Source: a virus
Lineage: Duplodnaviria; Caudoviricetes
DNA length: 48,079 bases
Virus record (IMG/VR): IMGVR_UViG_3300044970_000959
Location: 1 to 48,079 of that record
Direction: 5' to 3' (one strand)
Below, piece after piece: positions 36,420 through 45,023 of this stretch. The notes beneath the pieces were generated by a model that was not told the DNA's origin, searched no databases, and saw only the letters and a program-made list of their open reading frames with translations. Both the position numbers and the translations under genes were made by a program. The number at the start of each line of letters is the position of its first letter. Position 1 is the stretch's first letter.

Positions 36420-37351
36420 CAACCATTGCACGAATCAGTGAGGCACGCCGAGCCCTGGCCGCTGCGTCAACGCTGGAAGATGTAATGCAGATTCGCGACA
36501 AGGCCGAAGCACTTCGCGTGTACGTCAAGGCGGCTGCCGCCGGCCTTGAGGCTGCAAACGCTGCCGCCGAAATCAAACTCCGTGCCGAACGCAAGGCCGG
36601 CGAGATGCTGGCGGCGATGGAGAAGGACAAGGGAGGAAGGCCGATTGAAACCAGTAACAGCGCGTTACCGGTTTCAGTGCCCTCCCTCGACGACCTCGGC
36701 ATCGACAAGATGCAATCCTCCCGCTGGCAACGTGAGGCGAAGGTGCCGGAAGAGGAGTTCGAGGCATACATCGAATCGTGCTGCTACGAAGGCAAGGAAG
36801 TCACGCAAGCCGGCCTGCTGAAGATCGCCAACGGCAGCCACGTCTCCCTCAACAGCGGAGAAAACGAGTGGTACACGCCGCCGGAATACATCGAAGCCGC
36901 TCGGGAAGCCATGGGCAGCATCGACCTGGACCCGGCGAGTTGCGAGACAGCACAGGCCAATGTGCTGGCAACGCGATATTTCGACATCGAAGACAACGGG
37001 CTCGACAAGCCATGGACCGGCAACGTCTGGCTGAATCCGCCATACGGCAAGGAAGTCATCGGGCTGTTTACGGAGAAGGTGGTTAGCGAGGCTGGAAGAT
37101 TCCAGCAGGCAGTTGTCCTTGTGAACAACGCCACCGACACGGCTTGGTTTCACGACCTCGCATCGGTCGCGTCCGCAGCCTGTTTCATTCGTGGCCGCAT
37201 CCGGTTTCTGGACAAGTCCGGCAAGCCTGCGAATACGCCCGTGCAGGGGCAGGTTGCCGTTTACGTCGGGCCGAACGTCGATGCTTTTCGCGAGGCTTTC
37301 GCGAGTTTCGGTGCGGTCGTGATCTTCGCTGGTGAATCCAATGCCAGGTAA
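36407..37351 (+). CDS. DNA N6-adenine methyltransferase (phage Dam-like)
   Basis: EWYTP, IDLDPAS, VWLNPPYG, TDTAWF, RGRIRF. Confidence 0.9.
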   Translation: MADVTTIARISEARRALAAASTLEDVMQIRDKAEALRVYVKAAAAGLEAANAAAEIKLRAERKAGEMLAAMEKDKGGRPIETSNSALPVSVPSLDDLGIDKMQSSRWQREAKVPEEEFEAYIESCCYEGKEVTQAGLLKIANGSHVSLNSGENEWYTPPEYIEAAREAMGSIDLDPASCETAQANVLATRYFDIEDNGLDKPWTGNVWLNPPYGKEVIGLFTEKVVSEAGRFQQAVVLVNNATDTAWFHDLASVASAACFIRGRIRFLDKSGKPANTPVQGQVAVYVGPNVDAFREAFASFGAVVIFAGESNAR

Positions 37352-37565
37352 GCCCACCCAATTTGAGTCCTACGCCGAACGCCAACGCCGCGAACTGGCT
37401 GAACGCAAGGCGATCCAGGAAGCGAAGCGTGACGAGACGCTCGAGCAGTGCGTCATCGCCTACCACGCTCACCGCGTGAATGGTGGGCAGAGCCGATGGT
37501 CTGACTTTCGCATCGACTGGTACAAGCTCAACGGTCACACATTGAAGGTGAACGATGGCAGGTGA
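37341..37565 (+). CDS. Hypothetical protein
   Basis: Coupled ORF. Confidence 0.55.
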   Translation: MPGKPTQFESYAERQRRELAERKAIQEAKRDETLEQCVIAYHAHRVNGGQSRWSDFRIDWYKLNGHTLKVNDGR

Positions 37566-38469
37566 CTGGGTAAAAATGCGGTCTGCCCTACTGGCGAACC
37601 CGAAGGTTCACGCCATCGCCAAGGCGGTCGGAAGCGATCCGCGTGCGGTTGCGGCACTGACCTGCGGCTTGTCTGGCCGCCCAGATCGGGTCTTGTCGCG
37701 TAACGCGTTACGTTACGTCACCGTAACGGCGTTACTGTGCGTGTGGAGCAGCGCAAACGAGCACGCGGCGGAAGGAATCCTGTCGTGTTGTGACCTGGAA
37801 GACCTCGACGAAATCGCCGGATTGCCTGGATTTGGGCAGGCCATGGCCGCTGTCGGGTGGGCGGTTGCTGACGAGGCTGGCAAGTGCGTTTCGCTGCCTA
37901 ATTTCAGCGAGCACAACACCCCAGCAAAGGACCGGACTGGTGCGGAAAGGCAGCGTCGCTACCGCGACAACCGTAACGGCAGCGTAACGGCGTTACGTAA
38001 CGGCGTTACGGTAACGCAGAGAAGAGAAGAGAAGAGAAGAGAAGAAGAAATACAACCGGCTGCGCCGGTAGCTACGAGCGAACCGCCGAAGCGGCGGAAA
38101 CGCTCGCAGCCCGCAGGCGGCATCGTGTGGACTGCTGACGCAGGGTGGCAGGGAATCACCGACGCCGACCGGCAGGAATGGCGTCTGGCGTACCCAGCGT
38201 GCGATCTGGCGGGCGAACTGGCGAAAGCCACGTCTTGGCTCAGGGGCAACCCTGCGAAGGCTCACAAGTCGAACTGGCGACGTTTCCTCGTGTCCTGGCT
38301 GACTCGCTCGCAGGACCGTGGCGGGACGAACCGCGAGCCCGGCAGGCGACCGGATGAGAAACCGCCGCCGAAGGTCTGGCGGGACCAGTACCGCCCGGCC
38401 CCGTACCGCACGCCCAAGGAAGTCGCCGCACTTGCATCGAGTCTGAAACTCACGGAGGAGGACACATGA
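37555..38469 (+). CDS. Replication initiator protein
   Basis: MAGDWVKMR..L..NPKV N-terminus, AERQRRYR, REEKRREE linker, WRRFLVSWL C-terminal domain. Confidence 0.8.
   Translation: MAGDWVKMRSALLANPKVHAIAKAVGSDPRAVAALTCGLSGRPDRVLSRNALRYVTVTALLCVWSSANEHAAEGILSCCDLEDLDEIAGLPGFGQAMAAVGWAVADEAGKCVSLPNFSEHNTPAKDRTGAERQRRYRDNRNGSVTALRNGVTVTQRREEKRREEEIQPAAPVATSEPPKRRKRSQPAGGIVWTADAGWQGITDADRQEWRLAYPACDLAGELAKATSWLRGNPAKAHKSNWRRFLVSWLTRSQDRGGTNREPGRRPDEKPPPKVWRDQYRPAPYRTPKEVAALASSLKLTEEDT
37699..38050. repeat. Iteron-like CGTAAC/GTTACG repeats and AGAAG tract (probable origin)
   Basis: CGTAACGCGTTACG palindrome at 37699; CGTAACGGC at 37722, 37972, 37983, 37996; (AGAAG)n at 38018-38050. Confidence 0.7.
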
Positions 38470-38687
38470 CCACCAGCACCCAACCAACCCTGACGCCCCG
38501 CCAGCGTGAAGTCTTGGACTTCATCCGCGACCGGACTAAAAGCTACGGCCCGACGATTCGCGAGATCATGGCCGAGTTCGGTTTCACGTCGCCCAACGGG
38601 GCCGTCTGCCACCTTGTCGCCCTGGAGCGCAAGGGGCTCATCCGCCGGCACGCCAACCAGATTCGCGGAATCGAGGTGACGGAATGA
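38466..38687 (+). CDS. LexA N-terminal DNA-binding-domain protein
   Basis: LTPRQREVLDFI..YGPTIREI..FGFTSPNGAVCHLVALERKGLI; no protease domain. Confidence 0.85.
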   Translation: MTTSTQPTLTPRQREVLDFIRDRTKSYGPTIREIMAEFGFTSPNGAVCHLVALERKGLIRRHANQIRGIEVTE

Positions 38688-38917
38688 AACGCCGCAAGCC
38701 TTCCCCTCGTGCCGTGGCCGACGTGTGCCTTGCCTCGGCGTGGCGTGACGAGATTGACGACGAGTCGAGACTGCTGCTCGAGCAGGCCCACGACACGATC
38801 ACTGAGCTGATGGCTCGGTTGGTCGCAACGTCCAAGGTGCTCGAAGTGGTCGAGGCCGAGATGGCGTCGATGCGGTTCCCGCTGTTGAACGATGAAGACC
38901 CGGGGATGGGGCTATGA
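38684..38917 (+). CDS. Hypothetical protein
   Basis: Coupled ORF. Confidence 0.6.
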   Translation: MKRRKPSPRAVADVCLASAWRDEIDDESRLLLEQAHDTITELMARLVATSKVLEVVEAEMASMRFPLLNDEDPGMGL

Positions 38918-39162
38918 CACTCGAACAATTCGCCCTGATTTCACTGGGGCATATCAGTCTTGCCTGCACGTTCGTGCTTGGCATTTTGGTTGGGGTTTCA
39001 CTCACGAAGAAAGGGATTTCACATGGCTACGGCAACGAAGGAACGGAAGCGTGGTGGCATCACATTGAGCGCCGCCGGTTTGAGGACTGCGCTCGCGGCT
39101 GTAAGCCCGGCTGTGCCAAGCCGAGCGGCAAGACCGGTCCTGACGAACGTCCGCCTCGGTGA
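38914..39162 (+). CDS. Small membrane protein overlapping the clamp gene
   Basis: ATGA coupling; TM helix. Confidence 0.45.
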   Translation: MTLEQFALISLGHISLACTFVLGILVGVSLTKKGISHGYGNEGTEAWWHHIERRRFEDCARGCKPGCAKPSGKTGPDERPPR

Positions 39163-40132
39163 CGGGCTCGTCACGGGGACTGACCTGGAGGTGCGGATCG
39201 ACGTGGCAATCGACTACCACGGCGACGCCATGCTGCTGCCTCACTCGCGGCTGCTGGCGATTCTGTCGGCCGCTGGCGGTGACGAGGTAACGCTCGAGCC
39301 CAAGGGCACGTCTTGCGTCGTGCGGTGCGGGCACGGCACGTGGACGCTCCCGGTGGAGGACGCGGCCGAGTTCCCGCTGTGGGAGCCAAAGGACGCGAAG
39401 CCGGTGACGCGGCTGCCGGCTGACCAGTTCGCCCGTGCGGTGCGTGGCGTTGTGTTCGCGGCCGACCAGGAGTCGAGCCGCTACGCCCTCGGGGCGGTGC
39501 TCGTGGACGTGAAGGATGGCGTGGTCAACCTCGTGGCTACGGATGGCCGCCGGTTGTGCTCGTGCGAGATGGAGCACGACCTGGCGGTCGATGACTCCGC
39601 GACGCTGGTGCCGAGCCGGGTGATGCAGATCCTGGCTCGCGTGGCCGTCACGGGTGACGAGGAGTCTGTGCAGCTCGAGGCCACTGGCAACGAACTGCTC
39701 GCGTCCATCGGCGGCACGACCGTCACGGCCCGGCTGACCGAAGGACGGTTCCCCCGGTGGCGCGACGTCATCCCGGCTGACGGTGCCGAGCCGACAACCG
39801 TGCTGTCGACGGCGTTGCTGTCGGCCACGAAGGCGGCGGCCATCGTGACCAGCGAGAACAGCAAGGGCGTGCAGTACACGTTCACCAAGGAGGGCATCCA
39901 CCTGCACGGGCAGTCGGCCGAGGCTGGCGAGTCGAGTGTCACGTGCGAGATCGTCGAGTCCGGGCACACCTGCACGGTGAAGCTCGACCCGGTGTTCGTG
40001 CGTGAGTGGCTGTCGGGCCTGCCGGCGGATGGCGAGCCGACCGTCAGCGTCCAGGCGAAGGACGGCGAGTCGGCCGTCGTGCTGCGGACGGACACGTTCA
40101 CTGGCGTCATCATGCCGCTGGCGAAGGACTGA
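39023..40132 (+). CDS. dnaN: DNA polymerase III beta sliding clamp
   Basis: GTDLE, SRYALGAV, VATDGRRL, RLTEGRFP, VIMP C-terminus. Confidence 0.92.
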   Translation: MATATKERKRGGITLSAAGLRTALAAVSPAVPSRAARPVLTNVRLGDGLVTGTDLEVRIDVAIDYHGDAMLLPHSRLLAILSAAGGDEVTLEPKGTSCVVRCGHGTWTLPVEDAAEFPLWEPKDAKPVTRLPADQFARAVRGVVFAADQESSRYALGAVLVDVKDGVVNLVATDGRRLCSCEMEHDLAVDDSATLVPSRVMQILARVAVTGDEESVQLEATGNELLASIGGTTVTARLTEGRFPRWRDVIPADGAEPTTVLSTALLSATKAAAIVTSENSKGVQYTFTKEGIHLHGQSAEAGESSVTCEIVESGHTCTVKLDPVFVREWLSGLPADGEPTVSVQAKDGESAVVLRTDTFTGVIMPLAKD

Positions 40133-40135
40133 CGC

Positions 40136-40576
40136 ATGGCCCAGCGTATTGACCATGACGCAATGCTGCGGCTGCGGTCTGAGGGGCTCACTACCACTCA
40201 GATCGCGGCCCGGCTGGGCTGCTCAGCGTCGGGCGTGCAAAGTGCGCTCCATAAGCTCGCTACTCCAAGGCGACAGAGCGGCCCTGCGCCGACGCTGTGT
40301 GACGCGACGGTAGTGCAGATGTGGCACGAGGGCGTGCGGTTGCAGGACATCGCCGACAAGTGCGGCGTATCGACCACGACGGTCTACGCCTACGCGAAGC
40401 GGCTTCAACTGCCGAAGCGTCCGCGAGCGTCGCGGCCGTCGTACGACCCGACGCCGGCTGAGATCGAGCGGCTGAAGGCGGAACTGAGAGAGAAGCACCT
40501 GGCGGAACGACGTTCGGAAACAGACGAGACGGCACGCATCAAGGCGTGGCGACATGGAAAGGAACTGACGGCATGA
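40136..40576 (+). CDS. Tandem HTH DNA-binding protein
   Basis: GLTTTQIAARLGCS and GVRLQDIADKCGVSTTTV. Confidence 0.75.
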   Translation: MAQRIDHDAMLRLRSEGLTTTQIAARLGCSASGVQSALHKLATPRRQSGPAPTLCDATVVQMWHEGVRLQDIADKCGVSTTTVYAYAKRLQLPKRPRASRPSYDPTPAEIERLKAELREKHLAERRSETDETARIKAWRHGKELTA

Positions 40577-40884
40577 CGAATCTGGCGAGACTGATTGGCG
40601 ATGTGGAACGCTGGGCTGCCGAGCGTGGGATCTTCGCCCACTCGACACCGGCGGTACAGTTGCTCAAGACCGTGAGTGAGTTGGGCGAGTTGGCCGATGC
40701 GACGAACAAGCACGACCGGGATGGCGTCATCGACGGCATCGGCGATGTGCTGGTGACGCTGGTGATCTACTCGCGGCTCCAGGGCGTGACGCTCGAGGAG
40801 TGCTTGCACGCGGCGTACGAGACGATCAAGGACCGCAAGGGGCGGCTGACTGCGGAAGGCGTGTTCGTGAAGGAGGAAGCATGA
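40573..40884 (+). CDS. MazG-like nucleotide pyrophosphohydrolase
   Basis: QLLKTVSELGELA...DGIGDVLVTL...IKDRKG..GVFVKE. Confidence 0.85.
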   Translation: MTNLARLIGDVERWAAERGIFAHSTPAVQLLKTVSELGELADATNKHDRDGVIDGIGDVLVTLVIYSRLQGVTLEECLHAAYETIKDRKGRLTAEGVFVKEEA

Positions 40885-41582
40885 GACTTGAAGAGACGAG
40901 CGTGAACGGTTCTGGACAAGCTGTGCGTGCGGCGCTCGGCCGCAAGGACAACTGGGAGCGTCACGGCCACTCGCAGTGGGGCTACGGCGTGGCCCTGGAT
41001 GTGCTCGCTCTTGAGCGGCGAGTGTCGGCGTTGGAGCGAACGGATCATGACGCCGCGCCGCTCGCCAGCCTGGGCGCCGGCGATACACAGGAGCCAGTGG
41101 CTTTTGCCGTCATGTCTGGCGGCCGGGCGTATGACATCTACGACACTCGCGGCGAGGCTGAGGCGATATGCCGCTGGCTGTGCGAGGAGGAGTCTGGCGA
41201 CATCTGGCGGGTTGTGCCGCTGGTGCCGGCCGACGCTACACCGCCACTGCACGCTCAGTCTGGCGAGTGCAGCGTGCCGCCAGAGTGTACGGAGATAGAT
41301 GCGATGTCCTCTGCATCGCTTGGTTCTCACGCTGCGGCGTGGGCAGTCGAACACGGCGGGGACATTGTCTACGTCTCCATCCGAGCGCATGACGCGCAGG
41401 AATGGGCTGGTGGCGGTCCTGTGGATGTGGTGCCGCTCTACCGCCACCCGCAGCCGACGCTCACCGACGCGGAGCGGGAGGCGATTGAGACTGCGATGAA
41501 CGCCTACGGCGAACATAACGACGACCCAGAGTGCGAGACGATTGAGGCAGCTCTTTGGGGGCTGCTTGAGCGAACGAAGTGA
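40881..41582 (+). CDS. Mosaic hypothetical protein containing a half attC-like site
   Basis: AGGAGG RBS; two AxAV...VVPL modules; stop codon inside attC-like site 1. Confidence 0.65.
   Translation: MRLEETSVNGSGQAVRAALGRKDNWERHGHSQWGYGVALDVLALERRVSALERTDHDAAPLASLGAGDTQEPVAFAVMSGGRAYDIYDTRGEAEAICRWLCEEESGDIWRVVPLVPADATPPLHAQSGECSVPPECTEIDAMSSASLGSHAAAWAVEHGGDIVYVSIRAHDAQEWAGGGPVDVVPLYRHPQPTLTDAEREAIETAMNAYGEHNDDPECETIEAALWGLLERTK
41306..41330 (-). mobile_element. Degenerate half attC-like site (site 0)
   Basis: gTCCTCTGCATCGCttgGTTCTCAC; 2 mismatches over 22 nt to the right arm of site 2. Confidence 0.6.
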
Positions 41583-41665
41583 GAACGGCTGCATTGAGCA
41601 GCCCGAGAAAGGACTTTGATATGACGCAGGACGATGCCGGGTCTGCTCCAATGCGTGGTTCTCAC
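41579..41665 (-). mobile_element. attC-like recombination site 1
   Basis: GTGAGAAC-ggct-GCATT-GAGCAG-CCCG...CGGG-T-CTGCTC-C-AATGC-gtg-GTTCTCAC with two extrahelical bases. Confidence 0.75.
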
Positions 41666-41947
41666 TTCGACCGCGCCGCCGCAGACCATGCCATGTCTCG
41701 CGGCTGGATTCCGCACAAACCGGCAACGTGGCCGCACCGATACGCGACACTGAAACGTGACGTTTTGATGCTGCACCTGCGAGACAGCAAGGAAGTAGAG
41801 ATTCCCGTTCCTGCTGGCAGCACGGTCAAACTCGTCATGGTGTCTAGGTTTGGGGACGTTGGCGTTACGGAAGACCTGACGGCAGAGAACGTGTACGGCG
41901 TGCGGCTGCCGCTGTGTGACCTGTGCAACTGGCGAGATGAGCCGTAA
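41621..41947 (+). CDS. Cassette-borne hypothetical protein
   Basis: RBS AAAGGA and ATG inside the site 1 loop; VKLVMVSRFGDVGVTEDL. Confidence 0.7.
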   Translation: MTQDDAGSAPMRGSHFDRAAADHAMSRGWIPHKPATWPHRYATLKRDVLMLHLRDSKEVEIPVPAGSTVKLVMVSRFGDVGVTEDLTAENVYGVRLPLCDLCNWRDEP

Positions 41948-41949
41948 GC

Positions 41950-42000
41950 GTGAGAACGCCAGCGATCAGCGGCTTGTCCGCTGCATCGCGTGGTTCTGTG
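41950..42000 (-). mobile_element. attC-like recombination site 2
   Basis: GTGAGAAC-gcca-GCGAT-CAGCGG-cttg-T-CCGCTG-C-ATCGC-gtg-GTTCT; same geometry as site 1. Confidence 0.7.
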
Positions 42001-42133
42001 GCGAACTGAGCGTATTGGAAAACCAACGGAAATCGACGGATTGCGAATATGAATCGGGCGAAGAAAGACGAACTAAAATCGCTGGTTCGGCGAGCCGGTA
42101 ACAAACCGCAACTGCCATGCTTCAAGGTGTTAC

Positions 42134-42352
42134 ATGTCCCCTCGCGCCACACTCACCTACACACTCCCCGATGACGAGCGTGACTTTCGTCTTGCATTGA
42201 GCGGAGCCGATGCCGTGCAACTGCTCAACGAGATCGAGCAGGCGTGCCGCGCCGTCGTGAGATACGAAGCCAAGCCGCACCCTAAGCGGCTGGCCCTCGC
42301 GGAAGAAATCCGCCGCATGATTCGCGAGAGCGGCGTGGACGTTGACGCTTGA
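42134..42352 (+). CDS. Hypothetical protein
   Basis: ATLTYTLPDDERDFRLAL. Confidence 0.65.
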   Translation: MSPRATLTYTLPDDERDFRLALSGADAVQLLNEIEQACRAVVRYEAKPHPKRLALAEEIRRMIRESGVDVDA

Positions 42353-42411
42353 CACGTTCGGCATCCTGTGAACTGCCCCGGCGGAAACCGGGCGTCACAG
42401 GAGGACGTGCT

Positions 42412-42693
42412 ATGCGTTGGATTCTCGCGTGTCTCGTTTCGCTGGCGTGCTTCACGGCTGAAGCTGCTGGCCCGGTCGTGATCGTCACGGCCCAGGATCA
42501 TGCCGTGTCGATTGCTCGCAGGGGCGTGCTGGTGCATTCGGCGTGCAACCAGTACGAAGGCATCGGCATGGGGGCGACGCCGGAAGCGGCGAGAAGGAAC
42601 TGCTGTTTCTTCGGCAAGCGTGTGATCGTCGAGGAAGGCGTGGCCTACTCGCCCGCCCGTCGCCAGTGGTTCGCTGTCATTCGCTATCGGTGA
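42412..42693 (+). CDS. Small secreted protein (minimal CAP/SCP-like)
   Basis: Signal peptide; HS..YEGIG...NCCF...GVA...WFAVIRY. Confidence 0.6.
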   Translation: MRWILACLVSLACFTAEAAGPVVIVTAQDHAVSIARRGVLVHSACNQYEGIGMGATPEAARRNCCFFGKRVIVEEGVAYSPARRQWFAVIRYR

Positions 42694-42696
42694 GAA

Positions 42697-43104
42697 GTGG
42701 CGATCACGTTCACCATCCCAGGCGAGCCCGTCCCGCAGCCGAGGCCACGCGTCTCGACTCGGGGCGGGTTCGCGCGGGCGTATGTGCCAGCGAAGCATCC
42801 GGTGCACGCGTACCGGGATGCGATTGCTGACGCTGCTCGAGCGGCTGGGGCTGGCGTGCACGGAGATCCGGTGAGCGTCGTGATCGACTTCGTGGCATCG
42901 CGCCCCAAGTCGCACTTGCGAAAAGGCGGAGTGAAGGCCGACGCCCCGGCGCTGCCCAGGTTCGACATCGACAACGCCACCAAGGCCGTGCTGGACTCGC
43001 TCAACGGCGTCGCATGGGAAGACGATTCCCAGGTCGCCCGCCTGGTGGTCGAGAAGTCATACGGCACGGAGGCACGGACAACCGTGCGAATAAGCGATGG
43101 CTGA
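42697..43104 (+). CDS. rusA: RusA-like Holliday junction resolvase
   Basis: PQPRPR, DIDNATKAVLDSLNGVAWEDDSQV..K. Confidence 0.9.
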   Translation: MAITFTIPGEPVPQPRPRVSTRGGFARAYVPAKHPVHAYRDAIADAARAAGAGVHGDPVSVVIDFVASRPKSHLRKGGVKADAPALPRFDIDNATKAVLDSLNGVAWEDDSQVARLVVEKSYGTEARTTVRISDG

Positions 43105-43714
43105 GATAACCGCATCGGACGAGTTCGGCCGGGCTATCGCGGCGACGATTGCCGCTTGTCGCGTTCGCTCCGTCATTGAGATCGGTTCATGGGACGGCAC
43201 CGGCTCGACCACCGTCATCATGCACGCCCTGGAGGGCGTCGAAGGACGGCGGCTAACGTGCGTCGAAGCAAACCCCGAGCGGCATGCGGCACTCTCAAGG
43301 CTCACCGCGTCTCGCGATTGGGTCACGACGGTCTGCTCACGCAGCGTCTCGCGTGAGGCGATGACGCCGAAGACGTTCGAGGAAGTTTGGCGGTCGCCGT
43401 ACAACAGATTGCGGTATCGGCAAGAAGATGTGCAGCGGTGGTGGGATGAGCAGCCTGCCGGGCCGGGCTACCTCGACACGCTGACGGATGAGACGTGGGA
43501 CGCGGCACTCATCGACGGGTGCGAGTTCTGCGGCTGGGATGATTACCGGCTGCTCCACAGTCGCGTCAGGGTTTTGATGCTGGATGACGTTTTCTCGGCA
43601 TACAAGTGTGCCCAGGCTGACGATCACCTTGACATGTGCCGCCGTGGCCAGTGGTCGTGCATTTGGCGGTCGGCGTTCGTGCGGAACGGAGCGAGCATAT
43701 GGGTGCGGATCTGA
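43097..43714 (+). CDS. Class I SAM-dependent methyltransferase
   Basis: VIEIGSWDGTGST, TCVE, DAALIDG, LMLDD. Confidence 0.8.
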   Translation: MAEITASDEFGRAIAATIAACRVRSVIEIGSWDGTGSTTVIMHALEGVEGRRLTCVEANPERHAALSRLTASRDWVTTVCSRSVSREAMTPKTFEEVWRSPYNRLRYRQEDVQRWWDEQPAGPGYLDTLTDETWDAALIDGCEFCGWDDYRLLHSRVRVLMLDDVFSAYKCAQADDHLDMCRRGQWSCIWRSAFVRNGASIWVRI

Positions 43715-44310
43715 ACGTGGTCGCAATCGCGACCAGCGTGAACTACTCGGATTACCTGCGTTTCTGCCTAGCGTCCCTGCAATATGCAGGCATTCAGGCT
43801 TACGTGATTACAGAGCAATACGACTCTGCAATCGAAATGGCGGGACGTTTTGGCGCGACGGCCGTCGTGTTCGACGGCTGGCGTAGCGGCGGCGCTCTAT
43901 TCAACAAGGCTGGAGCGATACGGCACGCACAAAAGCTTGTTCACAAAGACCACCCCGACGCGTGGTACTTGATTGTTGACGCAGACATCGTGATGGAGCG
44001 GGATGCTCGGCAAATCATCAACGAGCATGTGAGTGACGAGTCTGCCATCTATTCGACGCGGAGGATCGACTTTCGCACGCAAGCGGACTTGCTAGCCGGG
44101 AAGGCAGCGAAGACGTATGGCGGCATGTTCTCCGGTTTCTGGCAGTTGTATCGGCGGCACGTTTTGTATCCCGAATGGTCGCGCACCGCAGAGGGATGCG
44201 ACCTGACGTTTGCCGCGCAATTTCAGTCGGCTCGCGTGTTGCCGATGGTTGTCGCCCATTGCGGCCAGGAAGGCGTGAACTGGGAGGGGCGGCGATCGCC
44301 GATGTGGTAA
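43699..44310 (+). CDS. Glycosyltransferase (GT-A fold)
   Basis: FNKAGAI, WYLIVDADI, GFWQL. Confidence 0.75.
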   Translation: MGADLNVVAIATSVNYSDYLRFCLASLQYAGIQAYVITEQYDSAIEMAGRFGATAVVFDGWRSGGALFNKAGAIRHAQKLVHKDHPDAWYLIVDADIVMERDARQIINEHVSDESAIYSTRRIDFRTQADLLAGKAAKTYGGMFSGFWQLYRRHVLYPEWSRTAEGCDLTFAAQFQSARVLPMVVAHCGQEGVNWEGRRSPMW

Positions 44311-45023
44311 TGAATATCACCGTCTCAGCGTACAACCGCCCCGAGTACCTGCAGCAGACGCTTGCTGCATTGCGGTCGTGCGATGGCATCGAAGGCTGTC
44401 GCGTGCTGGTGCTGATCGACCCGTCAGAGGAGACGTCGCATTCCGTCGCGATTGCGACGCGGCACGGATTCAATTCGTACACGCATCCCGAGCGGGTTGG
44501 ATGCAACGCGGCGATCCGCAAGGCGCTCGCGGTCGGGTTCGTGGAGATGGGCAGCGAGTTTCACGTCCACTTCGAGGATGACACGGTGCCGACGAGAGAC
44601 TGCCTGCGATGGTTCGCGTGGGCTCGCGACCACTACCGCGACGATCCAGCCGTGATGAACGTGAGCGGCTACCAGCGGGCGAGCAATGGCTGCCTAGGCG
44701 AGTGCGGGCTGCGACGCTGGTTCACGCCGTGGGGCTGGGCGACGTGGCGTGACCGCTGGCTGGGGCTGCATCTGGGCTGGGTGCAAGGCGACGCTCAATC
44801 GTGGGATGTGATCGTGAATCACGCCCTGCGGGCAGGGCGATACGAAGCGTTCCCAACCGTGAGCCGCATCCAAAACATCGGTGCCGAGAAGGGGACGCAT
44901 GTCCCGAGTGCCGAGTGGCACGCGGCGAATCACCATGTCGCCGTGACGGCGGATGACATCTGCGGTGCGACGCCCGAGGTATGGACGGAGGTTCGACGCG
45001 ATGAACGTGCAGATCACGATTGA
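44310..45023 (+). CDS. Glycosyltransferase (GT2/GnT-I-like)
   Basis: SAYNRPEYL, HFEDD, WGWATW, SWD, SRIQNIG. Confidence 0.8.
   Translation: MNITVSAYNRPEYLQQTLAALRSCDGIEGCRVLVLIDPSEETSHSVAIATRHGFNSYTHPERVGCNAAIRKALAVGFVEMGSEFHVHFEDDTVPTRDCLRWFAWARDHYRDDPAVMNVSGYQRASNGCLGECGLRRWFTPWGWATWRDRWLGLHLGWVQGDAQSWDVIVNHALRAGRYEAFPTVSRIQNIGAEKGTHVPSAEWHAANHHVAVTADDICGATPEVWTEVRRDERADHD

Noticed and set aside
35814-37351. Restriction-modification pair (HNH + N6-MTase)
   Set aside because: Both are common stand-alone phage genes; only adjacency supports it
42066-42092. Further attC-like site (GAAC...GTTC)
   Set aside because: No paired arms or extrahelical-base geometry
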